From assembly GCA_963828305.1 (NCBI GenBank), contig CAWHEJ010000012.1, positions 117,129-181,128 on the forward strand: 64,000 bases of DNA. Direction: 5' to 3'. This DNA comes from an uncultured delta proteobacterium (GTDB lineage: Bacteria; Desulfobacterota; Syntrophia; Syntrophales; UBA2192). Below, one piece after another: positions 1 through 12,314 of this stretch (the stretch's first letter is position 1; each line of letters begins with the position of its first letter). The notes beneath the pieces were generated by a model. That model worked only from the letters and a program-made list of their open reading frames with translations, searched no databases and had not been told where the DNA came from. A program made the position numbers and the translations under genes.

Positions 1-3000
1 GAGGACCGCACTTCCGCCGATGTCTTCATCAAGATCATGACGGACGGCATCCTCCTCATGGAGGCCCAGGCCGACCCCTTTCTCAACGGCTACGACACGA
101 TCATCGTCGACGAGGCCCACGAGCGCAGCCTCAACATCGACTTCGTCCTGGGGATGCTGAAAAATCTCCTGCGAAAACGCAGGGACCTCAAGGTCGTCAT
201 CACCTCCGCCACGATCGACACGGAGAAGTTCTCCGCCGCCTTCGGGGGGGCCCCCATCCTCGAGGTCTCGGGCCGCATGTACCCGGTAGACATCCGCTAC
301 GAACCCCTGGACGAGGGGATGGAGGAGCGCGAGGAGGTTACCCATGTCGAGGCCGCCGTGAGGGCCGTCGACGGGATCATCGATGAGGGCGAGGGCGGCG
401 ACATCCTCGTCTTCATGCCCACGGAGCAGGACATCCGCGAGTCCTGCGAGCAACTCGAGGGGCGGGAGCACCGGGGGGTGAAGATCCTGCCCATGTACGC
501 GCGGCTTTCCTCGCAGGAGCAGCGGCGGGTCTTTTTCCCGATGCGGGAGCGCAAGATCGTCGTGGCCACCAACGTCGCAGAGACCTCCATCACGATCCCC
601 GGCATCCGCTTCGTCATCGACACGGGGCTTGCCCGGATCTCCTACTACAACCCCAGGACGAGGACATCCAGTCTGCCCGTCCGGCCCGTTTCCCGAAGCA
701 GCGCCGACCAGCGGGCGGGCCGCTGCGGGCGCGTGGAGCACGGCGTGTGCATCCGCCTCTATTCCAGGGAGGACTACGAGAACCGGGCGCTCTACACGGC
801 CCCCGAGATCCTGCGCTCCAACTTAGCCGAGGTCATCCTGAGGATGCTCACCCTGCGGATCGACGACCCCGCCGCCTTCCCCTTTGTCGACCCGCCGGCG
901 CCGAAGAGCTTCCGCGCGGGCTACGACATCCTCGAGGAGCTCGGCGCCATCGAGCGGGAAAACGGGGAGGACGGGGCTGCCCGCTACCGCCTCACGGCCC
1001 GGGGTCGCAGGATGGCCCGCCTACCCCTCGACCCCCGGATCTCCCGGATGATCCTCGAGGCCGAAACGGAGGGCTGCCTGGGGGAAATCCTCGTCATCGC
1101 GGCGGCCCTCAGCACCCAGGACCCGCGGGAGCGTCCCTCCGGTAAGGAGAAGGACGCCGACGGGGCCCAGGCACTCTTCGTCAACCCCTCCTCGGATTTT
1201 CTCACCCTGATCAACATCTGGGAGCGCTTCCACGAAAACGGACCGAGCGCAAAATCCCCGGGCCGCCTCCGGAAGTACTGCCGCGACCACTTCCTTTCCT
1301 TTCGCCGGATGAGGGAGTGGCGGGACGTCCACGGCCAGATCCGGGAGATTGTCGAGGAGCAGGCCCCCCCGCCCGGGGAGAAGCACCCCGCCAGGAAGCA
1401 GGACGGCGACCCCCAGGCCTGGTATGGCCGTATTCACCGCTCGGTACTGAGCGGCTACCTTTCGAACATCGCCGTAAAAAAGGAAAAAAACACCTACGGC
1501 GCCACGGGCGGGCGCCAGGTCGTGGTCTTCCCCGGCTCGGGTCTCTACAACCGGGGCGGCGACTGGATCGTGGCGGCGGAACTCGTGGAGACGACACAGC
1601 TCTTTGCCCGCACGGCCGCCAACATCGACAGGGAGTGGCTCGAGGCCCTGGGCGGAAACCTCTGCCGCTCGATTTATCTGAATGCCCGCTGGGACCGCAA
1701 ACGGGGCGAGGTGACGGCCCTCGAACGGGTGAGCCTCTACGGGCTCGTGATCATCGAGGGAAGGCGCGTCTCCTACGGTCGCATCGATCCGCAGGAGGCC
1801 ACCCGGATCTTCATCCGCGAGGCCCTCGTGCCGGCGGAGATGGAGAGGCCCCTGCCCTTTCTCGCCCACAACCGCAACCTCATCGAACGGGTCCGGGACA
1901 TGGAGAACAGGCTCCGCAGGCGGACGTTCCTGACCACGGACGACGTCCTGGCCGCCTTCTACGAGGAGCGGCTCCAGGACATCTACGACGTCCGGACCCT
2001 CCAGAGAATGGTCAGAGACCGGGGGAGCGATTCGTTTCTGAGGATGACCGAAGAGGACGTTCTCCGTCAGGCCCCTGACCCGGCGGAGCTGTCCCTTTAC
2101 CCGGACACCGTCGCCGCGGGCAGGCTTGCGCTGCCGCTTTCTTACCGGTTCAGGCCGGGAGAAACCGACGACGGGGTTACCCTGAAGCTTCCGGCGAGCG
2201 CTCTCACGCGCCTGCGGCCCGAGGCCGTCGAGTGGGCCGTCCCGGGTCTTCTGCAGGAGCGGGTCACTGCACTCGTCAAGGCCCTGCCCCGGGACATCCG
2301 CAGGCACCTCATTCCCATCCCGCAGTCGGTCGAAACGATCCTGCGGGAGATGAAGCGCGGCGAAGGGTCGCTGCCCGCGGCCCTCTCGGAGTGCCTGAAG
2401 CGCAAGTTCTGGCTGGACGTCCCCCTCGCGGCCTGGGACCTGGGGGGACTGCCCGATCACCTGAAGCTCCGCTACGCCGTCGTGGACCCGAAGGGCAAAG
2501 AACTCCGCTCGACGCGCGACCTTGAATCCCTGAGAAAAGACCGTCTTGAAGAGGAGGAGTCCCGGGCGTTCGGCCGGGCCAGGGCGGCCTGGGAACGGAC
2601 GGGGATCGTACGCTGGGTGTTTCCCGATCTGCCCGAGGAGATCCCCGAGGAAATCCGCCTGGATGCGCAAAACGTCCTCGAGGGGATCGCCTACCCGGCC
2701 CTCGTCCCCGCCGGCGAGGCCGTCGACCTTCGGCTCATGAGAAACCGAAGGGAAGCCGACAAAGCCCACCGGGCCGGCGTAAGGACGCTCCTGACCCTTC
2801 ATTTCCGGAAAGATCTGGAACTCGCCCGCCGTTACCTTGCCCTCCGGGGAGAGATGAAGGTCTGGTCCGCCTATTTCGGCGGGACGAAGGTGCTGGAGGA
2901 GGCCCTCTTCCAGGGTCTTGTCCGCCGCCTCCTGGAAAAGGACATCCGGACCCGACAGGACTTCGAAGCGTATACCCGCCTCCTGGAGCCGACGCTTCTC

Positions 3001-3492
3001 AAGGCGCCCCAGGAGCTTCTCGGGGAAGTGGAGTCCGTTCTTCGCGCCTACCACGAGACACGTCAAGCCCTGGCGGGGCTCGAGGCGGCAAACCTCTCGA
3101 ACCGTACCGTTCTGAATTTCCTCGAAGAGATGCGCGCCGAGCTTCAGCGGCTCCTGCCCCTGACGTTTCTTGAGATCTATGACAGGGAGCGCCTCTCCCA
3201 GGTGATCCGTTACCTCAAGGCGCTCCAGGTCCGTGCCGAGCGGGGCGCCGTGCACATCGACAAGGACCGGGGCCGCCTCTCCGAGATCCGCCCCTACGAG
3301 GACAAGCTGGAGGAGTTCCGGAAAGGCGTCGCCCCGTCCGCCTCCGAGCAGAGACTCCGGGCCGTCGACGAGTACCGGTGGATGGTGGAAGAGTACCGGG
3401 TGTCGCTCTTTGCCCAGGGCCTGAAGACCCCCTACCCCGTTTCGCCGAAACGACTGCGGGAGAAGATCCGCGAGATCGAAGGCCTGACGTAA
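1..3492 (+). CDS. hrpA: ATP-dependent RNA helicase HrpA (DEAH-box), 5' end truncated by window edge
   Basis: Frame-1 reading from nt 1 runs continuously into ORF 37..3492. Motifs [16 protein letters not shown] (DEAH), [11 protein letters not shown] and the long HrpA-specific C-terminal extension are present. Confidence 0.9.
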   Translation, partial: EDRTSADVFIKIMTDGILLMEAQADPFLNGYDTIIVDEAHERSLNIDFVLGMLKNLLRKRRDLKVVITSATIDTEKFSAAFGGAPILEVSGRMYPVDIRYEPLDEGMEEREEVTHVEAAVRAVDGIIDEGEGGDILVFMPTEQDIRESCEQLEGREHRGVKILPMYARLSSQEQRRVFFPMRERKIVVATNVAETSITIPGIRFVIDTGLARISYYNPRTRTSSLPVRPVSRSSADQRAGRCGRVEHGVCIRLYSREDYENRALYTAPEILRSNLAEVILRMLTLRIDDPAAFPFVDPPAPKSFRAGYDILEELGAIERENGEDGAARYRLTARGRRMARLPLDPRISRMILEAETEGCLGEILVIAAALSTQDPRERPSGKEKDADGAQALFVNPSSDFLTLINIWERFHENGPSAKSPGRLRKYCRDHFLSFRRMREWRDVHGQIREIVEEQAPPPGEKHPARKQDGDPQAWYGRIHRSVLSGYLSNIAVKKEKNTYGATGGRQVVVFPGSGLYNRGGDWIVAAELVETTQLFARTAANIDREWLEALGGNLCRSIYLNARWDRKRGEVTALERVSLYGLVIIEGRRVSYGRIDPQEATRIFIREALVPAEMERPLPFLAHNRNLIERVRDMENRLRRRTFLTTDDVLAAFYEERLQDIYDVRTLQRMVRDRGSDSFLRMTEEDVLRQAPDPAELSLYPDTVAAGRLALPLSYRFRPGETDDGVTLKLPASALTRLRPEAVEWAVPGLLQERVTALVKALPRDIRRHLIPIPQSVETILREMKRGEGSLPAALSECLKRKFWLDVPLAAWDLGGLPDHLKLRYAVVDPKGKELRSTRDLESLRKDRLEEEESRAFGRARAAWERTGIVRWVFPDLPEEIPEEIRLDAQNVLEGIAYPALVPAGEAVDLRLMRNRREADKAHRAGVRTLLTLHFRKDLELARRYLALRGEMKVWSAYFGGTKVLEEALFQGLVRRLLEKDIRTRQDFEAYTRLLEPTLLKAPQELLGEVESVLRAYHETRQALAGLEAANLSNRTVLNFLEEMRAELQRLLPLTFLEIYDRERLSQVIRYLKALQVRAERGAVHIDKDRGRLSEIRPYEDKLEEFRKGVAPSASEQRLRAVDEYRWMVEEYRVSLFAQGLKTPYPVSPKRLREKIREIEGLT

Positions 3493-3583
3493 AATTTTGC
3501 TGGGATTTCGGGTGCGGATGTAATAAGAAATAGCGTTTGAAAGACCGGGTTACACCCGCCCCACCCGACAAGGAAAAACATCC

Positions 3584-3967
3584 ATGGAAAAGAAGCTCCT
3601 CATCGTGGATGACGAGTTGACCGTCAGGGAGTTCTTCAAGGACTTCTTCAGCGCCTCGGGCTACCAGGTCCTGACGGCGGAGGGCGCCGAGAACGCCCTC
3701 GAGATCCTCCGGGACGAGGAGATCGACGTGATCTTTCTGGACCTCAGGCTCTTCGGTACGAACGGGCTCGAGCTGGGCCGGCAGATCCACAGGGAAAAGC
3801 CCCTTTCCATTCTCTTTGCCATCACGGGGTGGGCCGGCCTCTTCGAGGTCGAGGAGTGCCGGGAGGCCGGCTTCGACGACTTTTTCATCAAGCCCGTGCA
3901 ATTCGACATGCTCCTGAAAGCCGTCGAGGAAGCCTTCGCCCGGGTCGAGCGATGGAGGAAAAGGTAG
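3584..3967 (+). CDS. stand-alone response-regulator receiver domain protein (CheY-like)
   Basis: 127 aa. LIVDDE...DLRL...GLEL pattern places the phospho-acceptor Asp in [10 protein letters not shown]. There is no output domain. Confidence 0.8.
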   Translation: MEKKLLIVDDELTVREFFKDFFSASGYQVLTAEGAENALEILRDEEIDVIFLDLRLFGTNGLELGRQIHREKPLSILFAITGWAGLFEVEECREAGFDDFFIKPVQFDMLLKAVEEAFARVERWRKR

Positions 3968-4016
3968 GGCTCGCACCGTCGCGAGCTTGACAATCGGGCA
4001 AGCGGCATTAACTTGA

Positions 4017-5696
<1,680 letters not shown>

Positions 5697-5823
5697 GAAG
5701 TACCCGCCCCCTCACACCGCCAAACCGCATAAAAGCGTTCCGGCCCCCGGGGGAGCTCACCCTTCCCCGGGGGCTTTTCTCTCAAAAACAGAAAGACAAC
5801 CGGGAGGAGCAGCGGGACGTGCC

Positions 5824-7530
5824 ATGAAACCCCCATCGAAGCCCACATCACCGGACAACAGGGTTGAGATACCCGCCTCGCGCGGAAAGGAGCTCCTGCG
5901 TGAGTTCGACAGCCTCGGCGGCGGGGAGATCCTGGAGCGCATCCTCAACGAGAAGAATCCCCGCAAGGTGGTCGAGGAATTTCCCGCCGGGGATTTTTTC
6001 TGGCTCATCAAGAAGATCGGAAGCGACGACTCTCTGGCGCTGCTGGAGCTTGCCACCCCGGATCAGTGGCAATATATCCTCGACATGGAGATCTGGGACC
6101 GCGACGATATCAACACCGGCGAGACCCTGTCCTGGCTGAGGCGGCGCTTCGACACCGACAGCCGCAAAACGGTTGCCTGGCTGCTGGGAGAGGGAAGCGC
6201 CCTGACCTATTATATCCTGCAAAAGAGCATCGAGGTGATGGTCCGGGAGGAGGACGACAACGAGAAGGAGATCCCCGAGGGGTTCTTCACCCACGAGGGG
6301 GTCATCTATTTGAGGGCCGTTGATACGGAGTTCGAGCCATTTCTGAGGGAGCTGACGGGCGCCATCGCCGCGGCCAGTATGCCTGCCTTTCATGCCCTGG
6401 TGTCCAGTCTTGCCGGGGTGATCCCCTCGGAGCTGCAAGACGGGATGTCCCGGATGAGAAACGTGCGCCTGGCCGAGTACGGGTTTCTCCCCTTTGACGA
6501 GGCCATCTCCATCTATTCACCCCTTTCGCTCGAACAGATGAACCTCGCAGGAAAGCCTGCCGCAATCGTCGACATCACGGCCGATGAAGAGGACCGGGCC
6601 CTGGTCCCCTTCCTGCCGCTCCACGAGGGGCCGCAGGGAAGCTTCCTGCAGGAGGCGCTGAGAGCCGTGAATGACCCCCTCCTTCTGGACCGGATGCGCC
6701 TGGAGTTCGCGGGGCTTGCAAACCAGATCGCTTCGGTGGAAGGGCTCGCCCGCGTGGAGCTGGCCGGCATGGTACGTACGACCCGTAAGGCCGCCGGTTA
6801 TCTCAATATCGCACTGGAAGAAATGACGGGAAGGGACCCCGGCCGCGCAGGCACTCTCCTGGAGAGCAACACCCTGACATCGCTCTTCCGCGCCGGATTC
6901 GGTCTCACTCTCCGCGTAAAACGAGTGGCCGATACCTGGCTCAGAATGGCCTGGTTCCGCAGGAGCGGGTTCAAGGACGGTTTCTGGGGCGATGAACGGG
7001 GCTCGCTGTTGTCGGGCCTCCTTCTGAAGAAGCCCCTGCTGTACACCGGATTGCAGGAAGGGGAGCTCTACCGGGATTTCGCCGGTGCCGAGGACCTCAC
7101 CAGGGCAAGCAGGGCCCTCATGGGACTGATCGCCATGGACGGGCTGATGGATGCCCTGACAAAGGAAATCCCGATCGGTCCTGAGAGTTCCGGACGGGAG
7201 GACCTGACCTGCTTCCATCTGCTGTTGACGTTCTGGGCCCGCAGGCGGCTCGGGCTCGAGCCCGGGTTTGCGGCGATCGAGCCTGGAGAGGCCCGGGCCT
7301 TCTTTGCGATCCTTCGCGAGGGTGAAACGGCACCCCCTTACCAGATGGCCCGCTTCCGGGAAGTTTTCATCGAGGACATGCTCGGGATTGCATCGGTCCT
7401 GCCCGACGATCTGCAGGCCGCCCTGCGCGAGGAGCTATCCAACGTCTGGGAGGAGTTCCGGGACGAATACGAAGAGGTCCCCCCCGCCGACACGGACATG
7501 AAACACAATCCGTTCCTGATGATCAGCTAG
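5824..7530 (+). CDS. hypothetical protein (569 aa), no recognisable domain
   Basis: Long ORF with coding-like composition. Internal ATG at 5824 (MKPPSKP...) chosen because the upstream part of the ORF overlaps the groEL 3' end and its stop region. Confidence 0.55.
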   Translation: MKPPSKPTSPDNRVEIPASRGKELLREFDSLGGGEILERILNEKNPRKVVEEFPAGDFFWLIKKIGSDDSLALLELATPDQWQYILDMEIWDRDDINTGETLSWLRRRFDTDSRKTVAWLLGEGSALTYYILQKSIEVMVREEDDNEKEIPEGFFTHEGVIYLRAVDTEFEPFLRELTGAIAAASMPAFHALVSSLAGVIPSELQDGMSRMRNVRLAEYGFLPFDEAISIYSPLSLEQMNLAGKPAAIVDITADEEDRALVPFLPLHEGPQGSFLQEALRAVNDPLLLDRMRLEFAGLANQIASVEGLARVELAGMVRTTRKAAGYLNIALEEMTGRDPGRAGTLLESNTLTSLFRAGFGLTLRVKRVADTWLRMAWFRRSGFKDGFWGDERGSLLSGLLLKKPLLYTGLQEGELYRDFAGAEDLTRASRALMGLIAMDGLMDALTKEIPIGPESSGREDLTCFHLLLTFWARRRLGLEPGFAAIEPGEARAFFAILREGETAPPYQMARFREVFIEDMLGIASVLPDDLQAALREELSNVWEEFRDEYEEVPPADTDMKHNPFLMIS

Positions 7531-7562
7531 TTGGGAAATTGGGTATTGGGATATTGGGGATT
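7531..7562. repeat. tandem 8-bp-period array TTGGGNNN x4
   Basis: ttgggaaa/ttgggtat/tgggatat/tggggatt lies immediately after the stop of the 5824..7530 ORF. Confidence 0.6.
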
Positions 7563-7602
7563 AGAAATCCGGAAGCCCGAGTCCCAAATTCCTTCTTTTC
7601 TT

Positions 7603-7640
7603 CACTCAGACACTCAGACACTTAGTCACTCAGACACTTC
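7603..7640. repeat. tandem octamer array CACTCAGA x about 5
   Basis: cactcaga cactcaga cacttagt cactcaga cacttcc. Same family as arrays at 25891, 34350 and 59600. Confidence 0.65.
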
Positions 7641-7650
7641 CCTCTGGTCC

Positions 7651-8844
7651 CTAGTTTTTAGCCACCAGGCGGCGTACTGCCCCCTCGAGCCCGTCCAGCG
7701 TCAGCTCGTACATGGGGAAGACCTGGCGGATCATCCCGATGGTGCGGACGCGCTCCCACTCCCACAGCGGTGAGGGGTTGAGCCAGACGGCATGGCGGAA
7801 GCGGCCCGCAAGGAACTTGAGCCGGTCGATGCTGGGACGGGTGCTTCGCTGCGTGTAGTCGATGGCGCCCCCGGCATACATGAGCTCGTAGGGCGACATG
7901 CTCGCATCGCCCAGGACGATGAGTCGCGTCTCGGGGTCGCGATGGGCGAATTCGTCGAGCCGCTCGGGGCGATAGAAACGCTGGGCATCCTGCCAGATGA
8001 CGTCGTAGACGGAGTTGTGGAAGTAATAGGTGCGAACGTCCTTGAACTGGGAGCGGGCGTAGCTGAAAAGGGTCTGAACGAGCTCGACGTAGGGCTCCAT
8101 GGACCAGCCGCCGTTGTCGATCATGAGGATGACCTTGAGGCGGTCCGTAAGCCGGCGGTCGAAGACGATCTCGATCTCGCCTGCGTTGCGCAGGGTCTCG
8201 CGGATCGTCTTGTCCACGTTGACGAGGTCCTTGGGGCCGGCCGGCACCATCCGCCGAAGCCTCTTGAGGGCCTCGCCCATCTGGGCCTGCGTGAGGGGGC
8301 CTTCCTGGGAGTAATCCCGCCAGCGCCGGTCCATGGCCACCTTGATGGCCGACTTGTTCCGCGAGACCCCTCCCACGCGCATCCCCTCGGGGTGCGTACC
8401 CGAGTGCCCCACGGGGGAGGTGCCCCGGGTGCCGATCCAGCGGCTCCCGCCGTGGTGGGCCTCCGCCTGCTCCTTCAACCGGTCGAGGAAGTACTGGATG
8501 AGCTCCTCGGGGGTCATCTTCTTGAGCTTCTTCTCGTCGATGCCGAAGGCGGCGGCCACCCCTGCAGGGTCCTTCAGCCACTCTTCCAGCAAGGCCTTCG
8601 CGATGTCGGTCAGCTCGTGGGTCTCGGGGTCTTTCAGCTCCACGCCCCGGAAGTGATGGAGGAAGACCTGGTCGTAGAGATCGAAGTAGCGCTCGCTTTT
8701 AACCAGCAGCGACCGGGCGACGGTGTAGAAATCGTCGAGCGACGTGACGAGCCCCAGCGAGAGCGCCCTCTGGAGGCGCAGAAACGAGGTGGGCGTCACG
8801 GGGACGCCACGGTCCCGCAGGGTGTAGAAGAATTGAATGAACAT
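7651..8844 (-). CDS. VWA (von Willebrand factor A) domain protein, MoxR-associated (CoxE-like)
   Basis: 397 aa. The C-terminal VWA-like segment VILMIDNGGWSM...LIVLGDASMS carries a DxGxS MIDAS-like motif. It sits directly downstream of and co-oriented with the MoxR ATPase gene. Confidence 0.75.
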   Translation of the reverse strand: MFIQFFYTLRDRGVPVTPTSFLRLQRALSLGLVTSLDDFYTVARSLLVKSERYFDLYDQVFLHHFRGVELKDPETHELTDIAKALLEEWLKDPAGVAAAFGIDEKKLKKMTPEELIQYFLDRLKEQAEAHHGGSRWIGTRGTSPVGHSGTHPEGMRVGGVSRNKSAIKVAMDRRWRDYSQEGPLTQAQMGEALKRLRRMVPAGPKDLVNVDKTIRETLRNAGEIEIVFDRRLTDRLKVILMIDNGGWSMEPYVELVQTLFSYARSQFKDVRTYYFHNSVYDVIWQDAQRFYRPERLDEFAHRDPETRLIVLGDASMSPYELMYAGGAIDYTQRSTRPSIDRLKFLAGRFRHAVWLNPSPLWEWERVRTIGMIRQVFPMYELTLDGLEGAVRRLVAKN

Positions 8845-9041
8845 ATCCGGCGTATCGTCCGTACGGTTGGCTTATTGTAATCCCGTCCCTTCATTACCGC
8901 GAAGCGAGGAAGAGCGGACAAGAAAAGAAAAAAGTCACCTTCCACTCCGCGCTTCCGCTCTTCTTCACTTCCTAGCTTCGTCATCACCAATCTTAACGCC
9001 GGCTTAATGCTTGCCGCCTGCCGTGAGCCCGGAGATCATGC

Positions 9042-9896
9042 TCAGCGACGAAGACGGGCGATGGCCTTGGCGGCCAGGCCTAGATCGGCGCTTTTCTTGT
9101 AGAGGACCCCCAGGTACGGCACCTCGCCGCGCTGCAGGACGGCCGGCCGGAAGTCGGGGTCCGATCTCAGGGCGCGGATCCAGTTGATGAGCTCCCGCGT
9201 GGCGGGTTTCTTCTCGATACCCCCGATATCGCGGAGCCGGTAGAAGGTCTGCAGGCAGGCCGTGGCCATCTCGTCGCTGAGCTTCGGGAAGTGGACCTCC
9301 ACGATCCTGCGCATCATCTCGGGCTCGGGGAAGGCGATGTGGTGGAAGTTGCAGCGCCCCAGGAAGGGGTCCGAGAGGTCCTTCTTGGCATTCGAGGTGA
9401 TGACGACGACGGGGCGGTTTTTGGCCTTTACGGTCTTGTCGATCTCGATGATGTCGAAGGACATCTGGTCGAGCACGTCGAGCATGTCGTCCTGGAAGTC
9501 CGTGTCGGCCTTGTCGATCTCGTCGATGAGAAGCACCGTCTTGGCGTCGGCCACGAAGGACTGGCCGATCTTGCCCATCCGGATGTAGGCCTCGATGTCG
9601 CTCACGTTGCGCTTCGAGTCGCCGAAGCGGCTGTCGTTGAGGCGCGTGAGGGTGTCGTACTGGTAGAGGGCCTCGACAAGCTTCATGCTCGACTTCACGT
9701 TCAGGATGATGAGCGGCAGATCGAGGCTCTCGGCGATGGCGTAGGCGAGCATCGTCTTGCCCGTGCCCGGCTCGCCTTTCAGCAGGAGGGGCATCTCCAG
9801 GGCGATGGAGATGTTCACGATCTTGGCCAGTTCCTCGTCGAGGACGTATTTCGAGGCGCCGCGGAAGGAATTGGGTTTCTTTTCCTGTTCTTTCAT
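9042..9896 (-). CDS. MoxR-family AAA+ ATPase
   Basis: Walker A LKGEPGTGKTMLA, Walker B VLLIDEIDKA, and the sensor region VVITSNAKKDLSDPFLGRC are present. Start placed at MKEQEKK (9896) rather than the ORF-track 9968. Confidence 0.85.
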   Translation of the reverse strand: MKEQEKKPNSFRGASKYVLDEELAKIVNISIALEMPLLLKGEPGTGKTMLAYAIAESLDLPLIILNVKSSMKLVEALYQYDTLTRLNDSRFGDSKRNVSDIEAYIRMGKIGQSFVADAKTVLLIDEIDKADTDFQDDMLDVLDQMSFDIIEIDKTVKAKNRPVVVITSNAKKDLSDPFLGRCNFHHIAFPEPEMMRRIVEVHFPKLSDEMATACLQTFYRLRDIGGIEKKPATRELINWIRALRSDPDFRPAVLQRGEVPYLGVLYKKSADLGLAAKAIARLRR

Positions 9897-10021
9897 CTTT
9901 CGCTCCGTTGCAGATTCTCGCTCAGTGGCAATGCAAACCCCCGGGAAGCGATCCCGGGGGCGAGTCAATCTACTTCAAAATCCCGAAAAATTCCACAGCA
10001 AACAGCAGGGCTTCATTTACG

Positions 10022-11219
10022 CTACGAGAGATCGAACCCTTCCTCTTCCAGCTTTTTCTTGACCGAAGAGAGTTCCTTGTGTCCCTCGATGGCCGCCTGG
10101 ATCTCCTTCTCCCCCCGGAGATCCCCCAGGAGGATCGCCCCGGCGATGGAATTGTTCTCGATGACCAGTTTGCGGTAGATGCACTTCTCTTCATCTTCCT
10201 GGACGATGCACTCGTCGTCGCCCTCGGCGTCGATGTCCCCTATGGATACAAGGTCGATACCGGCTACCTTGAGCTTGTTTGCGGTCAAGGTTCCCTCATA
10301 AAGGGTCTCCTTGCCCGCCATGTTGGCCCCTGCGGCCCTGCCCTGGGCCATGGCGGCCGGCCAGCTCCCGTAATATCGCCCCCGGTGTTCGATATCGTCG
10401 CCGGCGGCAAAAATATCCTCGAGCCCCGCCTGCAGCCTGTCGTCGACCTTTACGGCCCGGCCGATGGGAAGGCCGATCTGCCGTGCCAGGGTCAGCTCAG
10501 GCTCCACGCCCGCCGAAAAGAGAACCATATCCGTATCGAGCCTGTTTCCGCTCTCGAAGAGAACGGTCAATCGCCCGTCCGCAGGGACGATCTCCCGTGC
10601 CCTCTCGCTGAGCAGGAAGGAAAACCCCATCTCTTCCATCCTGTGCTGAAGCAGCTGAGCCCCGGCCGGGTCCATCTGGCGGGGGAGCATTCGGGGGTTT
10701 CTCTCAACGAGCGTCACCTTGAGCCCTCTTTTGCGCAGCCCGTTTCCCGCCTCGAGGCCCAGAAGGCCGCCGCCGATGAGGGCGACGGATTTTGCCGACT
10801 CTGCGCGCTTCAGGATGGCATCGGCATCTTCCAGGGTCCTGAGCGTGAAGACGCCCGGTGCATCGGCGCCCTTGATGTCCGGACGCGAGGACCGGCCGCC
10901 CGTCGCCAGAAGAAGCCGGTCGTAGGAAAAGGCGTGGCCTTCCTTCGTTGTCACGGTCCGGGCGCCGGGATCGACACGAACGATCTCCGTCGAGAGGTGG
11001 AGATCGATCCGGTTCTTCTCGTACCAGGCCCCGTCGTGCAGGGTGAACGCTCTTGAGGGTCTTTTCCCCGGCCAGATACTCCGGCAGGGCCGGCCGGTAA
11101 TAGTAGAAAGCCCCCTCCTTCGTGAACATCCGGATCTCGGAATCCGGCTCGAGCTTCCGGATCGCCTCGGCGGCCGAATTTCCTGCCGCCCCACACCCCA
11201 CGATCACGTAACGGCTCAT
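10022..11219 (-). pseudogene. NAD(P)/FAD-dependent pyridine-nucleotide-disulfide oxidoreductase (NirB N-terminal/NADH-oxidase-like), apparent frameshift near 11046
   Basis: N-terminus MSRYVIVGCGAAGNSAAEAI (GxGxxG) is in frame 10704..11219. The protein continues (FTLHDGAWYEKNRIDLHL...VALIGGGLLGLEAG...) in frame 10022..11194. A single-base shift lies between about 11040 and 11060. Confidence 0.6.
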
Positions 11220-11383
11220 GCCTCATTCCCCTTTTACTATAGGCACTTGCAGATTCGTTATTACTGTACACTTCATGACAAAGGTCGTCAAGCTGCAATG
11301 CCTTGTCGGTATTGGTAGGAATATGTTATTTTTTGTTGCTCTTTGTCAGTCATTTTACTATGATCCCTGCTCCGGAGGGTATC

Positions 11384-12302
11384 ATGTCCGAAGAAATGAT
11401 GAACACAAAGGGTGTGGCCGCCTATCTGGGCATCAACGAAAAACAGGTCTATGCCCTGATCAAGGCGGGACGGATCCCGGGGACCCGCGTCACGGGAAAG
11501 TGGGTCTTCCCGAAGAAGCTCATCGACGAGTGGATCGAGGAGGATGCCCGCGGCGGATTGCACCAGGCAAGGGAACGCAGCCGATCGATGGAGGGGGCGC
11601 TCCTGGCCTCGGGAAGCAACGACCCTGTTCTGGACTTCCTGCTCACCGGGATGAGGCATTCCCATCCCGACTTCTACTTCTTCTGCGCCAACACGGGAAG
11701 CACCGAGGGTCTGAAGGCACTCGGCGGCGGGTACACCGACATCGCCTGGACCCATCTCTTCGACCAGGAGAGCGGCCGTTATAACGTTCCCTTCATTCCG
11801 AAATACCTGCCCGACATGAAAGCCGTGCTGGTGCACCTCTTTCGCAGGGAGATCGGCATCGTCGCGGCACCCGGCAACCCCATGGGAATCGCCGGCATTG
11901 AGGACATCGCCGGCAAGAAGGTTCGATTCGTGAACCGCCAGGCCGGCTCGGGCACGAGGAGTGCTCCTGGATTACCATCTGAAAAACTCCGGCATCCCGT
12001 CCGATGCAATCACCGGTTACGACCGGGAGGTTTACACCCACGTCGAGGTCGGGCTCTCGATCCTCTCGGGTGAGGCCGACGCCGGCATCGCCACGGTGGC
12101 CGTCTCGAGGCTCATGGGACTTCACTTCGTCCCCGTGACGCAGGAAAATTTCGACATGGTCCTGGGGCAGTCCACCTATTTCAGCAAGGGCATCCAGGCC
12201 CTTGTGGAAGTTTTAAGATCCCCCGGTTTCCGGGAGCGTTTCGAGCGTCTCGGCGGCTACGGTTTCGAGGATTCGGGAAAGATCCTTTATTCGAACATCT
12301 GA
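11384..12302 (+). pseudogene. HTH (excisionase/MerR-like) plus periplasmic-binding-protein (TupA/ModA-like) domain regulator, apparent +1 frameshift at about 11959
   Basis: N-terminus MSEEMMNTKGVAAYLGINEKQVYALIKAGRIPG is followed by a PBP-like domain. Frame 11303 ends just after ...RQAGSGTR, and the protein continues as VLLDYHLKNSG... in frame 11961..12302. The extra A lies in context cgagg-A-gtg. Confidence 0.6.
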
Positions 12303-12314
12303 AGGAGGGAAAAT

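Noticed and set aside
1021-3255. 744-aa minus-strand ORF inside hrpA, plus other long antisense ORFs (13248..14801, 14732..15847, 24072..25613, 51045..52592, 54871..57774, 61445..62848, 9291..10178, 7792..8880)
   Set aside because: These are high-GC antisense artefacts. Each lies opposite a gene with strong motif-level identification. Their translations are low-complexity (Arg/Gly/Pro/Ala-rich) and they lack RBS or start context.
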